Shown in pieces: positions 1 through 8,273 of a stretch of 46,115 nucleotides of DNA. The DNA is from Planctomycetota bacterium. GTDB taxonomy: Bacteria > Planctomycetota > PLA2 > JAEUHO01. Positions within the stretch are counted from its first letter, which is position 1. Each line of letters opens with the position of its first letter. Made by a program: the position numbers and the translations under genes. Below the pieces are notes generated by a model. The model did no database searches. It was not told the origin of the DNA and worked only from the letters and a program-made list of their open reading frames with translations. The stretch is taken from assembly GCA_050248855.1 (NCBI GenBank), contig JBFWRP010000035.1, forward strand, positions 1-46,115. The letters run 5' to 3'.

Positions 1-39
1 CTGCTGATCGGGCTCGTAGGGCCGGAAGTACGGTTGCAT
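1..39 (-). CDS. Transposase N-terminus (partial), IS1182-like
   Basis: Translates MQPYFRPYEPDQQ, resembling the FRPYxPDQxxLLPP N-terminus I recall for IS1182 transposases. It lies just inside the terminal repeat; only 13 codons are visible. Confidence 0.6.
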   Translation of the reverse strand, partial: MQPYFRPYEPDQQ

Positions 40-120
40 GCCCAATTTTGGACCGCACCTCGCCCAGGCCAAGGGAGAACTTCGCCAGAAACCCCGAGCG
101 CAGTTCTGTGGCGCAGACTC
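1..120 (-). mobile_element. Left end of an IS element (IS1182-like), truncated by the window edge
   Basis: Minus strand reads CTAG|GAGTCTGCGCCACAGA (105-120), matching 15/16 the sequence at 45994-46009. A minus-strand ORF starts at 39. Confidence 0.75.
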
Positions 121-465
121 CTAGGCGGGCGGCCCATTCCAGTTGATGGCCTCTCGGCTCCCGACATCGTGTACCCAAGATCCATCCAGCGTCGCCGCAA
201 CCAGTCGAAGGATTGCAGGGAGACGCTCATTCACGCTAGCGGCGGCAGCGAGTTCACTCTCTGTTGGAGGACTCCATGCGCCCTCTGGCATGAGGTCGGT
301 GAGGTCCAAACAGCAGCCCATCCAGCGGTGGGCCTCGCTGAGCAGTTCCTCACGCCAACGCGTGTCGTCGCCAGCGCGATGCTCCGCGAGCCAGTCAAGG
401 AACAGGTTCCGGTCGTGGTTCCAGACCCAGATCCCGATCTTGTCTTTACCGATGAAACCCGACAT
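121..465 (-). CDS. Hypothetical protein (accessory region)
   Basis: ORF MSGFIGKDKIGIWVW... has protein-like composition and follows 480..842 on the same strand. Its TAG stop is part of the IS target CTAG. Confidence 0.55.
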   Translation of the reverse strand: MSGFIGKDKIGIWVWNHDRNLFLDWLAEHRAGDDTRWREELLSEAHRWMGCCLDLTDLMPEGAWSPPTESELAAAASVNERLPAILRLVAATLDGSWVHDVGSREAINWNGPPA

Positions 466-479
466 GACTTTGCGATTCC

Positions 480-842
480 CTAGTGCCAGTCGTGGCCGCA
501 ATGGAGACACTGCCGCGCCAGAGGGGTGGCGGTCAACCCCTCACACTCGGCGCAGCAGTTGAAGAACACCTCGTCGGCGCACTCTGTCCGCACCCGCTGG
601 ACAAGGCGGTCGTAGAACGCCGTTTCCCCATCGGCTAGGAGGGCAGCCACCTCCGGGTCGTCGTCCCGCACCGTGCCGGATTCGCGCATCCGCGCCAAGC
701 GCGCTTCTGCATCTCCAGAGCGGGTCTTGAACCGCACGTGAAGCACCCTAACGGCCATGCTCTCGGCCGAGGTCAGCACCCCGGGGTAGTTGAGGACGAT
801 GTAGTTGCCGTACTCGTGAATGGGTCTCGGACTGTCTGCCAC
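480..842 (-). CDS. Hypothetical protein with C-terminal zinc ribbon
   Basis: AGGAG RBS before GTG. C-terminus CAECEGLTATPLARQCLHCGHDWH contains CxxC-x11-CxxC. Confidence 0.75.
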   Translation of the reverse strand: MADSPRPIHEYGNYIVLNYPGVLTSAESMAVRVLHVRFKTRSGDAEARLARMRESGTVRDDDPEVAALLADGETAFYDRLVQRVRTECADEVFFNCCAECEGLTATPLARQCLHCGHDWH

Positions 843-938
843 ACGCTCTCCTGTCAGGCCCCCTCCCAGGCCCCCTCTACGTGGGTCCGTTGGGGTCCGT
901 CGCGGTCTGCGAGGGTCCGAAGGGCGCGCAACGTGAAA

Positions 939-974
939 CGCCCCTGAGAGGCCATTGGAAGCCCCTCAAAGGCG
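939..974 (-). terminator. Hairpin directly downstream of tRNA-Ser (probable terminator)
   Basis: Minus-strand CGCCTTTGAGGGGC pairs with GCCTCTCAGGGGCG using G-U pairs and is followed by TTTC. Confidence 0.5.
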
Positions 975-979
975 AGATG

Positions 980-1069
980 TGGCGGAGGGAGAGGGATTCG
1001 AACCCCCGGTAGGTTTGACCCTACGCCGGTTTTCAAAACCGGTGCCGTCGACCGCTTGGCTATCCCTCC
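980..1069 (-). tRNA. tRNA-Ser(TGA)
   Basis: 90 nt GGAGGGA...TCCCTCCGCCA. Anticodon arm CCGGT-TTTGAAA-ACCGG, long variable arm, GGTTCGAATCC T-arm and encoded CCA. Confidence 0.97.
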
Positions 1070-1179
1070 AGCGGATGGGCGAGGGGGCATGGTAGCGGGT
1101 CAGGGACGGAGGTCGGGGGTGGGGTGCGGGTGACGGGCTGATTGGGGTGGGGAGGGGTCGGCCCGGAGAGCATGGGGGG

Positions 1180-2088
1180 ATGCGGGCGGCGGACGAGACG
1201 ACGAAGGGGGCGTGGGCCACGACGGCGGCGTTCCTGACGTGGGGCTTGGTGCCGCTGTATTGGAAGGCCATCGAGGAGATCACGGCGCACGAGATGATCG
1301 CGTGGCGCGTGCTGTGGGCACTGCCCTTCTTGGCCGTGTTCCTGACGGTGGGGCGCGGGTGGGGCCACGTTCGCTCGGTGCTGCGGCAGCGGCACGTGAT
1401 GGCAGTCGTGGTGTTCTCGGCCTCGTTGATCGCGGTGAACTGGTTCGTGTTCATCGAGGCCGTCAGCGGCGGCCGGGTGCTCGAGGCCAGCTTGGGCTAC
1501 TACATCAACCCGCTCGTGAACGTGCTGCTGGGCGCGGCGTTCCTGGGCGAGAAGCTGGGCCGGGCGCAGTGGATCGCCGTGGCGCTGGCTGCCGCGGGCG
1601 TGGCGGTGCTCGTGGTGGCCACGGGGACACTGCCCGTCACGGCCCTCGTGCTGGCGCTGACATTTGCGGCGTACGGCCTGGTGCGCAAGCTGGCCAAGGT
1701 GGAGGCCATGCCGGGCCTGTTCCTGGAAGTGTGCGTGGTTGCGCCGTTCGCACTGGCCTGGCTGATGGTGCTGCAGGCGCGCGGCGCCACGTCCGGGGAC
1801 GTGGCTGCGGGCACGTGGGCCCTCGTGCCGCTGGCGGGCTTGATCACCGCGCTGCCGCTCTGGTGGTTTGCGTACGGCGCGCGGCGGTTGCGTCTGGCCA
1901 CGGTGGGGCTGTTGCAGTTCCTGGCCCCTACGGGCCAGTTCCTGCTGTCGATCGCCGTGTTCGGCGAGGCGTTCTCGCGTGCGCACGCGGTCGCCTTCGC
2001 CCTGATCTGGTCGGGGCTCGTGCTGTACGTGCTCGATCTACGTCGTCGGCAGCGGCGCGCCGCGCGCGTGGCGGCGGCCGCTGCGTGA
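1180..2088 (+). CDS. rarD: EamA-family transporter RarD
   Basis: WGLVPLYWK, LEASLGYYINPL and GLLQFLAPTGQF motifs; about 10 TM segments. Confidence 0.93.
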   Translation: MRAADETTKGAWATTAAFLTWGLVPLYWKAIEEITAHEMIAWRVLWALPFLAVFLTVGRGWGHVRSVLRQRHVMAVVVFSASLIAVNWFVFIEAVSGGRVLEASLGYYINPLVNVLLGAAFLGEKLGRAQWIAVALAAAGVAVLVVATGTLPVTALVLALTFAAYGLVRKLAKVEAMPGLFLEVCVVAPFALAWLMVLQARGATSGDVAAGTWALVPLAGLITALPLWWFAYGARRLRLATVGLLQFLAPTGQFLLSIAVFGEAFSRAHAVAFALIWSGLVLYVLDLRRRQRRAARVAAAAA

Positions 2089-2104
2089 CGCGCTCGCGCT
2101 GCGG

Positions 2105-2704
2105 TCAGGCGTGCGGCTTGTAGACGGCGAAGGTGGCGCCGGCCGGATCGCGCATCATCGACACGCGGCCCACGCCCGGGATGTCCGTCGCGGGCATGTC
2201 GACCTGGCCACCCTTGCTGGTGCTGCGGGCGACGGCGGCGTCGACATCGTCGACCTGCACGTAGGCGACCCACTGCGGCGCGCAGACGGGCTGACCCTCG
2301 TGCTCGGGCAGCGCCATGCAGCCGCCGACGTCCTTGCCGTCCTTGGCGAACAGCGTGTACGCCATGCCGGGCATGCCGGCGTCGCGAGCGGTCCAGCCGA
2401 ACACGTGGCTGTAGAACGCCTGCGCACCAGCGACGTCGTTGGTCATCACCTCGTGCCAAGCCCAGGCGGGCATGGCGGGAGCGGCGGCGGCCTTCTTGGC
2501 CGTCTTCTTCGCCGGCTTCTTGGCGGCCTTCTTCGACGCGGTGCTCTTCGCGGCAGCGCGGGGCATCGCCTTCTTGACGGTGCCCTTCTTCGCCGGCGCC
2601 TTCTTGCGTGCGGCGGCCTTGGGGGCGGCCTTCGCCTTGCCGGCCTTGGCCTTGGGAGCGGTGCCCTTGCGGGCGGTCTTCTTCGCGGACTTGCGTGCAG
2701 CCAT
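2105..2704 (-). CDS. VOC/glyoxalase protein with Lys/Ala-rich histone-H1-like N-terminal tail
   Basis: About 75 aa of AKK/PAKK repeats, then WHEVMTND...FYSHVFGW...YVQVDDVD...DPAGATF; GGAGG-like context is absent but ATG start is clear. Confidence 0.88.
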   Translation of the reverse strand: MAARKSAKKTARKGTAPKAKAGKAKAAPKAAARKKAPAKKGTVKKAMPRAAAKSTASKKAAKKPAKKTAKKAAAAPAMPAWAWHEVMTNDVAGAQAFYSHVFGWTARDAGMPGMAYTLFAKDGKDVGGCMALPEHEGQPVCAPQWVAYVQVDDVDAAVARSTSKGGQVDMPATDIPGVGRVSMMRDPAGATFAVYKPHA

Positions 2705-2835
2705 GGGAGGCCTCCTACGCGGGGTAGCCCACGAAGGTACCGACGCCCTCCCTGCCGGGAACCATGAACAACGGCGCGAATCCTGCGGATTGCGTATGGT
2801 GCGCGCCTCGCACCCCCCACCTCAGGAGAGCTTCC

Positions 2836-3261
2836 ATGCCTGCCCCCGGCGTCCCCGACGGCTACAACTCGGTCATCCCCTACCTCATGGTCCAGGACGG
2901 CCACCGCACGATGGACTTCCTGGTGAAGGGCCTGGGCGGCAACGAGGTCGAGCGCATCGCCGGCCAGGACGGCACCTTCATGCACGGGGAAGTCCGCATC
3001 GGCGACTCGATGGTCATGATGGGCCAGGCGCGGGACGGCTACCCGGTCAGGCCCTGCATGCTCTACCTCTACGTCCCCGACTGCGACGCCTCCTACAGCC
3101 AAGCCCTCTCCGCGGGCGCCACGTCCATCCAGGAGCCGGCCGACCAGTTCTACGGAGACCGGACGGCGGGGGTGAAGGACGCCGACGGCTTCCAGTTCTT
3201 CTTCAGCACCCGCAAGGAGACGCTGTCGCCCGAGGAGCTGGCCAAGAGGGCGAAGGGCTAG
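2836..3261 (+). CDS. VOC family protein (PhnB-like glyoxalase)
   Basis: AGGAG RBS; VIPYLMV, HGEVRIGDS and QFYGDRTAGVKD motifs. Confidence 0.9.
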   Translation: MPAPGVPDGYNSVIPYLMVQDGHRTMDFLVKGLGGNEVERIAGQDGTFMHGEVRIGDSMVMMGQARDGYPVRPCMLYLYVPDCDASYSQALSAGATSIQEPADQFYGDRTAGVKDADGFQFFFSTRKETLSPEELAKRAKG

Positions 3262-4154
3262 CGCAGGCCCGGCCACCGGCCGTGGGCGGCGGCGTCGAAC
3301 GAGCGCTCGAGGTGGGTCACCACCTCGGCCGGTAGCGGGCCCTTGGTCACGGCGGCCACGTGCCCCTGCATGTGGTCGAGCGAGCCGGACCCGACGAGCG
3401 CGGTCGTGACGCCCTCGGCGAAGGCGGCAAAGCGAAGCGCCGCCTCCAGCCAGGGCACCCCGCCGACATCCTTCGGCGTCCACGCAAGTCCTTGCCAGCG
3501 CGGCCAGTACGCCGCGGCGTAGCTGTCGGCCGGCCGCTTGTTGCGCCCCGGAACGGCGTTGGCGAGCGGCCGCTTGAGGAGCACGCCGATGCCGTTGGCC
3601 GCCGCCTGGCGGATCAAGGGCCGGTTGGCTTGGTCGAGCAGGCTGTAGGAGGTCTCGACCACGTCCACCACGTCGCTGGTCAGGGCGTAGGCCAGGGCCT
3701 CGCCGTCGCCGGAGTACCCGACGAACCGGGCTTGGCCGCGGGACTTGGCGTCGCGCAGCACGTCCAGCACCTCGCCACGCTCGAGGTCCTCGAGGTCGCA
3801 CGTGTGCAGCAGGAGCACGTCCACGTGGTCGGTGCGAAGACGCGTGAGCGACCGCTCGATCAAGCGCTCGAGGTTCTTGCGCCCCCACCCGGGCTCGTAC
3901 CCCACGTCCATGCCGGTCTTGGTGACCAGCACCACGTCGTCGCGGCGCCCGGCGAGCAGCTCGCCGAGCACGATCTCGCTGTCGTCGTAGGCGGCCGCCG
4001 TGTCGAACAGGTCCACGCCCGCCTCGAGCAGGGCATCGACCAGGCGGCGCGCCTCCGCGCGGTCAAAGCCCCGCCGCCCGATGGGCACGGTGCCGTGGCC
4101 CAGCACGGGCACGGACAGGCCCGTGCGACCCAGGGTGCGGCGGGCAACGCTCAC
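3258..4154 (-). CDS. Aldo/keto reductase
   Basis: RTLGRTGLSV, FDTAAAY, TK and SLTRLRTDHVDVLLLH motifs. GTG start overlaps the upstream TGA. Confidence 0.92.
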   Translation of the reverse strand: MSVARRTLGRTGLSVPVLGHGTVPIGRRGFDRAEARRLVDALLEAGVDLFDTAAAYDDSEIVLGELLAGRRDDVVLVTKTGMDVGYEPGWGRKNLERLIERSLTRLRTDHVDVLLLHTCDLEDLERGEVLDVLRDAKSRGQARFVGYSGDGEALAYALTSDVVDVVETSYSLLDQANRPLIRQAAANGIGVLLKRPLANAVPGRNKRPADSYAAAYWPRWQGLAWTPKDVGGVPWLEAALRFAAFAEGVTTALVGSGSLDHMQGHVAAVTKGPLPAEVVTHLERSFDAAAHGRWPGLR

Positions 4155-5035
4155 TTGGCAGGCTCCGGTTCGACAGGCGCCTCCACGCGGCGGTCCCGTT
4201 CGAAGTGACGCGCCAGCTGGGCCGCGGTTGCCCGGTAGTCGAGCGCGATCGGCGTGGCGGCCCCCACCGGGTAGAGCAGGAGTGCGGGCGCGGCCTCCAC
4301 GCCATGGGCCTTGGCCCACGCGGCGTGCAGCGGGTCGGCCAGGTCGAGCCGCAACAGGGCCCAGCCTTGCGCTTCGTCGGCGGCCCTCTTGCTGCCGAGC
4401 ACGGCCTTCTCGAAGCTCCGCGAGCGCTTGGTCTGCGTCTTGCCCGCCTTGTCGTCGTCCTCGTGGCGGTCTCGGCCCACGTAGATCGCCACGGGGCCGT
4501 CGGCGCGGCCCGTGTCGAAGCCTTCGAGCTGGGGGCTCTCGGCCGTTCCCTTCACCACGGCCCGGACGAAGGGCACGCGCGTGCGCGGATGCGCCTTCTC
4601 GTAGGCCACCAGCTCGTCACCCAGCCAGCGCGCCATCGAAGACGGCTGGTACTGGCCGCCGGTCTGCAGCGTGGCCGAGGGCTCGCCGTCGGCGTGCACA
4701 AGCCAGCAGAGCACGCTCGGGTCGTGGTTGGTGTTGCCGTGGGCCAGCGTCCACTTGATGACCTTGCCCTGGAGCCCGTCGTAGGTCTGGAGCACGGGCT
4801 CGGTGCGATCCAGGAGGGCCACCACCGCGGGAGCGTCCTTCACCTGGGCACGCCAGGTGTCGCAAGGGTTTCACACGTTGGGCGGCCAGAGCGTGACGAG
4901 CAGGACCGGCTTGCCGCTCTTGCCGGCGGCCGCCAGGCCGTCTGCGAGCGAGGTGTGCCAGCCGTCGGCGCGGGCTGCGGTGGCCGTGGCCAGCAGTGTC
5001 GCCAGACCCAGGACGAGCGCGCCTGTACGGATCAT
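4151..5035 (-). CDS. Exported thioredoxin-fold selenoprotein (Sec55, UxxC), 294 aa
   Basis: GGAGG RBS and signal peptide, then GWHTSLADGLAAAGKSGKPVLLVTLWPPNV-TGA(4871-4873)-NPC, continuing in frame into ORF 4151..4843. A hairpin follows the UGA. Confidence 0.85.
4837..4867 (-). promoter_or_regulatory. Bacterial SECIS-like stem-loop
   Basis: Starts 3 nt after the UGA: CCTT-(GCGA bulge)-CACCTGG-loop CGTGC-CCAGGTG-AAGG. Confidence 0.75.
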
Positions 5036-5808
5036 GCCGGCCTCCGCTGCCCCCGTCGCAGGGTACGCCGGACCAGCGCCGCGTGACCCAGCACCGCGGC
5101 CACCCCCCGTCGCCACGACCATCGCGGGCCGCCCGAGGAACGTGTCGAAGACCTCGGGCTCGGTCAGGCGGCGCATGCCGGCGGCGCGGTACCAGACGCC
5201 GGAGAACATCGCGACGTTCCAGGCCGCATGGAGCGCGAAGGCCACGCCGATGTGCCCGGCCAGCAGGAGCAGCGCGTTGCGTAGTGCCCCCACCGCGACC
5301 AGGGTCACGACCGTCAAGGGATCCAGCCAACGGCCGTACGTGCCCAGCCCGTAGAGGAGGACGTGCAGGGCCGCGAAGACGACGGCCACGACGACGCTCG
5401 TCCGGACGGGCCGCTTCGTCCAGCGCACCAGCGGGAGGAGGAACAGCGCCCCCAGCACGAGCTCCTCGTTCCAGGCTTGGAACACGAGCTGGGCCGCCAC
5501 GGTGAAGGGCCACGGCTTGAGCGCCACGCCCTGGGCGTCACCCAGGGTCGGCATCACCCACAGGGCGAAGAGGGCCCAGAGCAAGAGCCCCAGGCCCGCG
5601 GTGATCGCCCAAGCCTGCTCCGAGCGTGGCAGCGCCAGACGCTCGGCCACGTGGCGGCCGTAGCGCAACGCCCCCACGCCATCAGGAGCACGGTCGAGCA
5701 GGCGAACGGCCAGATCGGCAGCTGCGCGTACGGCAGCAGGAAGATCAGGACCACCACGAAGGCCCAGCCCACGCCCGCGGCGGAGAGACCCCGGCCGCCC
5801 GAGCTCAC
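5032..5808 (-). pseudogene. CPBP/Abi (CAAX-like) intramembrane metalloprotease with two compensating frameshifts
   Basis: WNEEL, FAALH and LHAAWN motifs. The coding frame switches at homopolymers 5671-5675 and 5103-5108. The restored gene overlaps both neighbours by GTGA/ATGA. Confidence 0.7.
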
Positions 5809-6209
5809 GCCTCGATCTCGGCGGACTCCTCGAGCACCGCCTCGGCCACGAAGATCGGGGCCTTGGCGGCGGTGGCCAGTGCGATCGCGTCGCTGGGGCG
5901 GGCATCGATCTCGGACGCACTCCCGTCCAAGCGGGCGAGGCGGATCATGGCGTAGTACGTCCCGTCGCGCAGCTCGGTGATGTCGACGCGCTCGACCTTG
6001 CTGCCGGTGGCCTCGACCATGGCCACGAGCAGGTCGTGGGTGAGCGGCCGCTGGAAGGTCTTCTCCTTCACGAAGCGGTCGATGGCCTGGGCCTCCTGGT
6101 AGCCGATCACGATGGGCAGCCGGCGGTTGCCGCCGACCTCGGCCAGGTTCACGTACTGGCGGTCGCCGGTGTCGTTGATCTTGATGCTGCGCAGCCGCAT
6201 CTCGACCAT
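5805..6209 (-). CDS. Bifunctional nuclease family protein (DUF151)
   Basis: LPIVIGxxEA, RPLTHDL and IDARPSDAIALA motifs. Confidence 0.95.
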   Translation of the reverse strand: MVEMRLRSIKINDTGDRQYVNLAEVGGNRRLPIVIGYQEAQAIDRFVKEKTFQRPLTHDLLVAMVEATGSKVERVDITELRDGTYYAMIRLARLDGSASEIDARPSDAIALATAAKAPIFVAEAVLEESAEIEA

Positions 6210-6302
6210 GGCGTCTCCGGAACGAGGGTGACGAGGCCCGATCCAAGGCCCCGTGGGACGCCAATCCTACCAAGGTGGCCGCCCCCGGATTCTCATGGCG
6301 GC

Positions 6303-7355
6303 ATGTCCGGCCCGCCGCCCCCCGCCGCCATTTTCGTGCGCCTCTTCCGCGCCGGCCGGCCGGAGTCGCTGCACCGCGGCCACCTGCTGGCCGTGCGTCG
6401 CGGGGAGGTCGTTGCCGCGGCCGGCGACCCGCGCCATCTCGTCTTCGTGCGCAGCGCGGCCAAGCCCGTGCAGGCCCTGACCGGCATCACCTCCGGCGCG
6501 GTCGAGGGCTTCGGCATGGACGACCGCTGCGTGGCGATCTCGTGCGCGAGCCACATGGCGAGGCCCGAGCACCTCGCGGCCGCGCAGGCCATCCTCGACG
6601 CGGCAAACGTCCCGCAGCAGGCGCTCGGATGCGGCGGCCACTACAGCTTCGACCCCGACATCGCGCGTCTGCAGCAGGCGCCGCCCGAAGGCCCCCCCGC
6701 GATCTGGAGCAACTGCTCGGGCAAGCACGCGATGATGCTTGCCGCGGCGCGCGCGATGGGCGCGCCGCTCGAGCACTACACGTCGCCCGGCCACCCGGTG
6801 CAGCGCTCGATCCTGGCGGATCTCCTGACGCTCGCCCACTGCGGGCCCGACGAGCTGGTCGTGGCCATCGACGGGTGCAGTGCACCGGCGCCCGCCTTGC
6901 CCTTGGATCGCTTCGCGCGCGTCTTCCAGAGCCTGCTCGAGGCCCGACGCGACGAGGCCCACCCGCTGCACGACGCCGCCTCGCGCGTGCTCCGCGCCAT
7001 GGCGGCGCACCCCGACCTGATCGCCGGGCCCGGTCGCTTCGACACGGACCTCATGCTCGCGGGCAAGGGGCGCATCGTGGCCAAGGCCGGGGCCGAAGGC
7101 GTCCACATCACCCTCGTCCCGGACGAGGACCTGCTGATCGCGGCCAAGGTCGAGGACGGCATCGATCGCGGCTACCGCGGCGTCATCATCGCGCTCTTGG
7201 AGCGGCTGGGCGTCTTCGACGAGGCCACCGCCACCCTGCTGCGCACGCTGCACGCCGACCCGATCATCCGCAACTGGGCCGGTGAGGAGGTCGGCGCGCT
7301 GGTCGTGGAGACGCCGCCCGTCCAGGCCGCCCCCCGGACCGAGCCCGCGGTCTGA
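6303..7355 (+). CDS. L-asparaginase II (Rhizobium AnsA-type) family
   Basis: RSAAKPVQA, CASH, NCSGKHA, DGCSAP and KAGAEG motifs. Confidence 0.92.
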   Translation: MSGPPPPAAIFVRLFRAGRPESLHRGHLLAVRRGEVVAAAGDPRHLVFVRSAAKPVQALTGITSGAVEGFGMDDRCVAISCASHMARPEHLAAAQAILDAANVPQQALGCGGHYSFDPDIARLQQAPPEGPPAIWSNCSGKHAMMLAAARAMGAPLEHYTSPGHPVQRSILADLLTLAHCGPDELVVAIDGCSAPAPALPLDRFARVFQSLLEARRDEAHPLHDAASRVLRAMAAHPDLIAGPGRFDTDLMLAGKGRIVAKAGAEGVHITLVPDEDLLIAAKVEDGIDRGYRGVIIALLERLGVFDEATATLLRTLHADPIIRNWAGEEVGALVVETPPVQAAPRTEPAV

Positions 7356-7394
7356 CCAGCGGCCCCGGCGCGACGCCACGGGTACGATCGCCCC

Positions 7395-8273
7395 ATGGCC
7401 TTCCGCTCCGAGCCTGCCCCGCCGCCTCCGCGCGCCGCGGATGCCCACAAGGCCTCCGTGGGTCGCGTTCTGATCGTGGGCGGGAGCCGGGGCATGGCCG
7501 GCGCGCCTGCGCTCGCCGCCTACGGAGCCTTGCGCGCCGGCGCGGGCCTCGTGCGCGTGGCCGTGCCCGCGTGCGTGCACGACATCGTGGCGGGGTGGCA
7601 GCGCGAGACCATGGTAGTGCCGCTGCCCGACGAGGACGGAACCTTGGGACTTGCCGCACGCACGGGCATCGACGGTGCGCGCGCACAGGCCGAAGTCACC
7701 GTCCTCGGCATGGGGATGGGTCGCAGCGCGAGCACGGCCACCCTCGTGCGGGCCCTGGCCAAGGTCGGCAGCGCCCATCTCGTGTTCGATGCGGACGCGC
7801 TGCATGCGCTGGGGCCGCGCGTGGGTCACCTCGATGGCGGCACGCGCTTCGTACTCACGCCGCACGAGGGCGAGGCCGCCCACCTCCTGGGCGTGGGCGT
7901 CGAGCACGTGCGCAGCGACCGCGAGCGGGCCGCCCGGCTGCTGGCCGAACGGACCGGCGCCACGATCGTGCTCAAAGGCCCGCACACGCTCGTCACGGAC
8001 GGCACGCACCACTGGCGCGCGGGGCCCGGGCATCCCGTGCTGGCCACCGGCGGTACCGGCGACGTCCTCGCGGGCGTGATCGGCGCGTTCCTTGCCAGCG
8101 CCGTGCGCAGCGAAGCGAACGCCTTCGACGCGATCGGCGCCGCCGTGCACGTGCATGCCCTGGCGGGCGAGCGCCGCGCCCGCGAGGGCGTTGACCGGGG
8201 CGTGCTGGCCAGCGAGATCGCCGACGAGATCCCCCACGCGCTGGCCGCGTGGCGTAGCGAGTCCTCGGCATGA
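7395..8273 (+). CDS. nnrD: ADP-dependent NAD(P)H-hydrate dehydratase
   Basis: HKxxxGRVLIVGGS, GAGLV, DADAL, LTPHEGE, VLKG and LATGGTGDVLAG motifs. Confidence 0.94.
   Translation: MAFRSEPAPPPPRAADAHKASVGRVLIVGGSRGMAGAPALAAYGALRAGAGLVRVAVPACVHDIVAGWQRETMVVPLPDEDGTLGLAARTGIDGARAQAEVTVLGMGMGRSASTATLVRALAKVGSAHLVFDADALHALGPRVGHLDGGTRFVLTPHEGEAAHLLGVGVEHVRSDRERAARLLAERTGATIVLKGPHTLVTDGTHHWRAGPGHPVLATGGTGDVLAGVIGAFLASAVRSEANAFDAIGAAVHVHALAGERRAREGVDRGVLASEIADEIPHALAAWRSESSA

Noticed and set aside
925..940. parS site near tRNA-Ser
   Set aside because: Only a half-site (ACGTGAAACG) is present, with no palindrome.
980..1069. tRNA-Sec or suppressor tRNA for the nearby UGA
   Set aside because: The anticodon is TGA (reads UCA, Ser), not TCA, and the acceptor stem is a normal 7 bp.
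4871..5920. 349-aa ORF as a single real protein
   Set aside because: It is a chimera of DUF151 off-frame sequence, the frameshifted CPBP core and the selenoprotein N-terminus.
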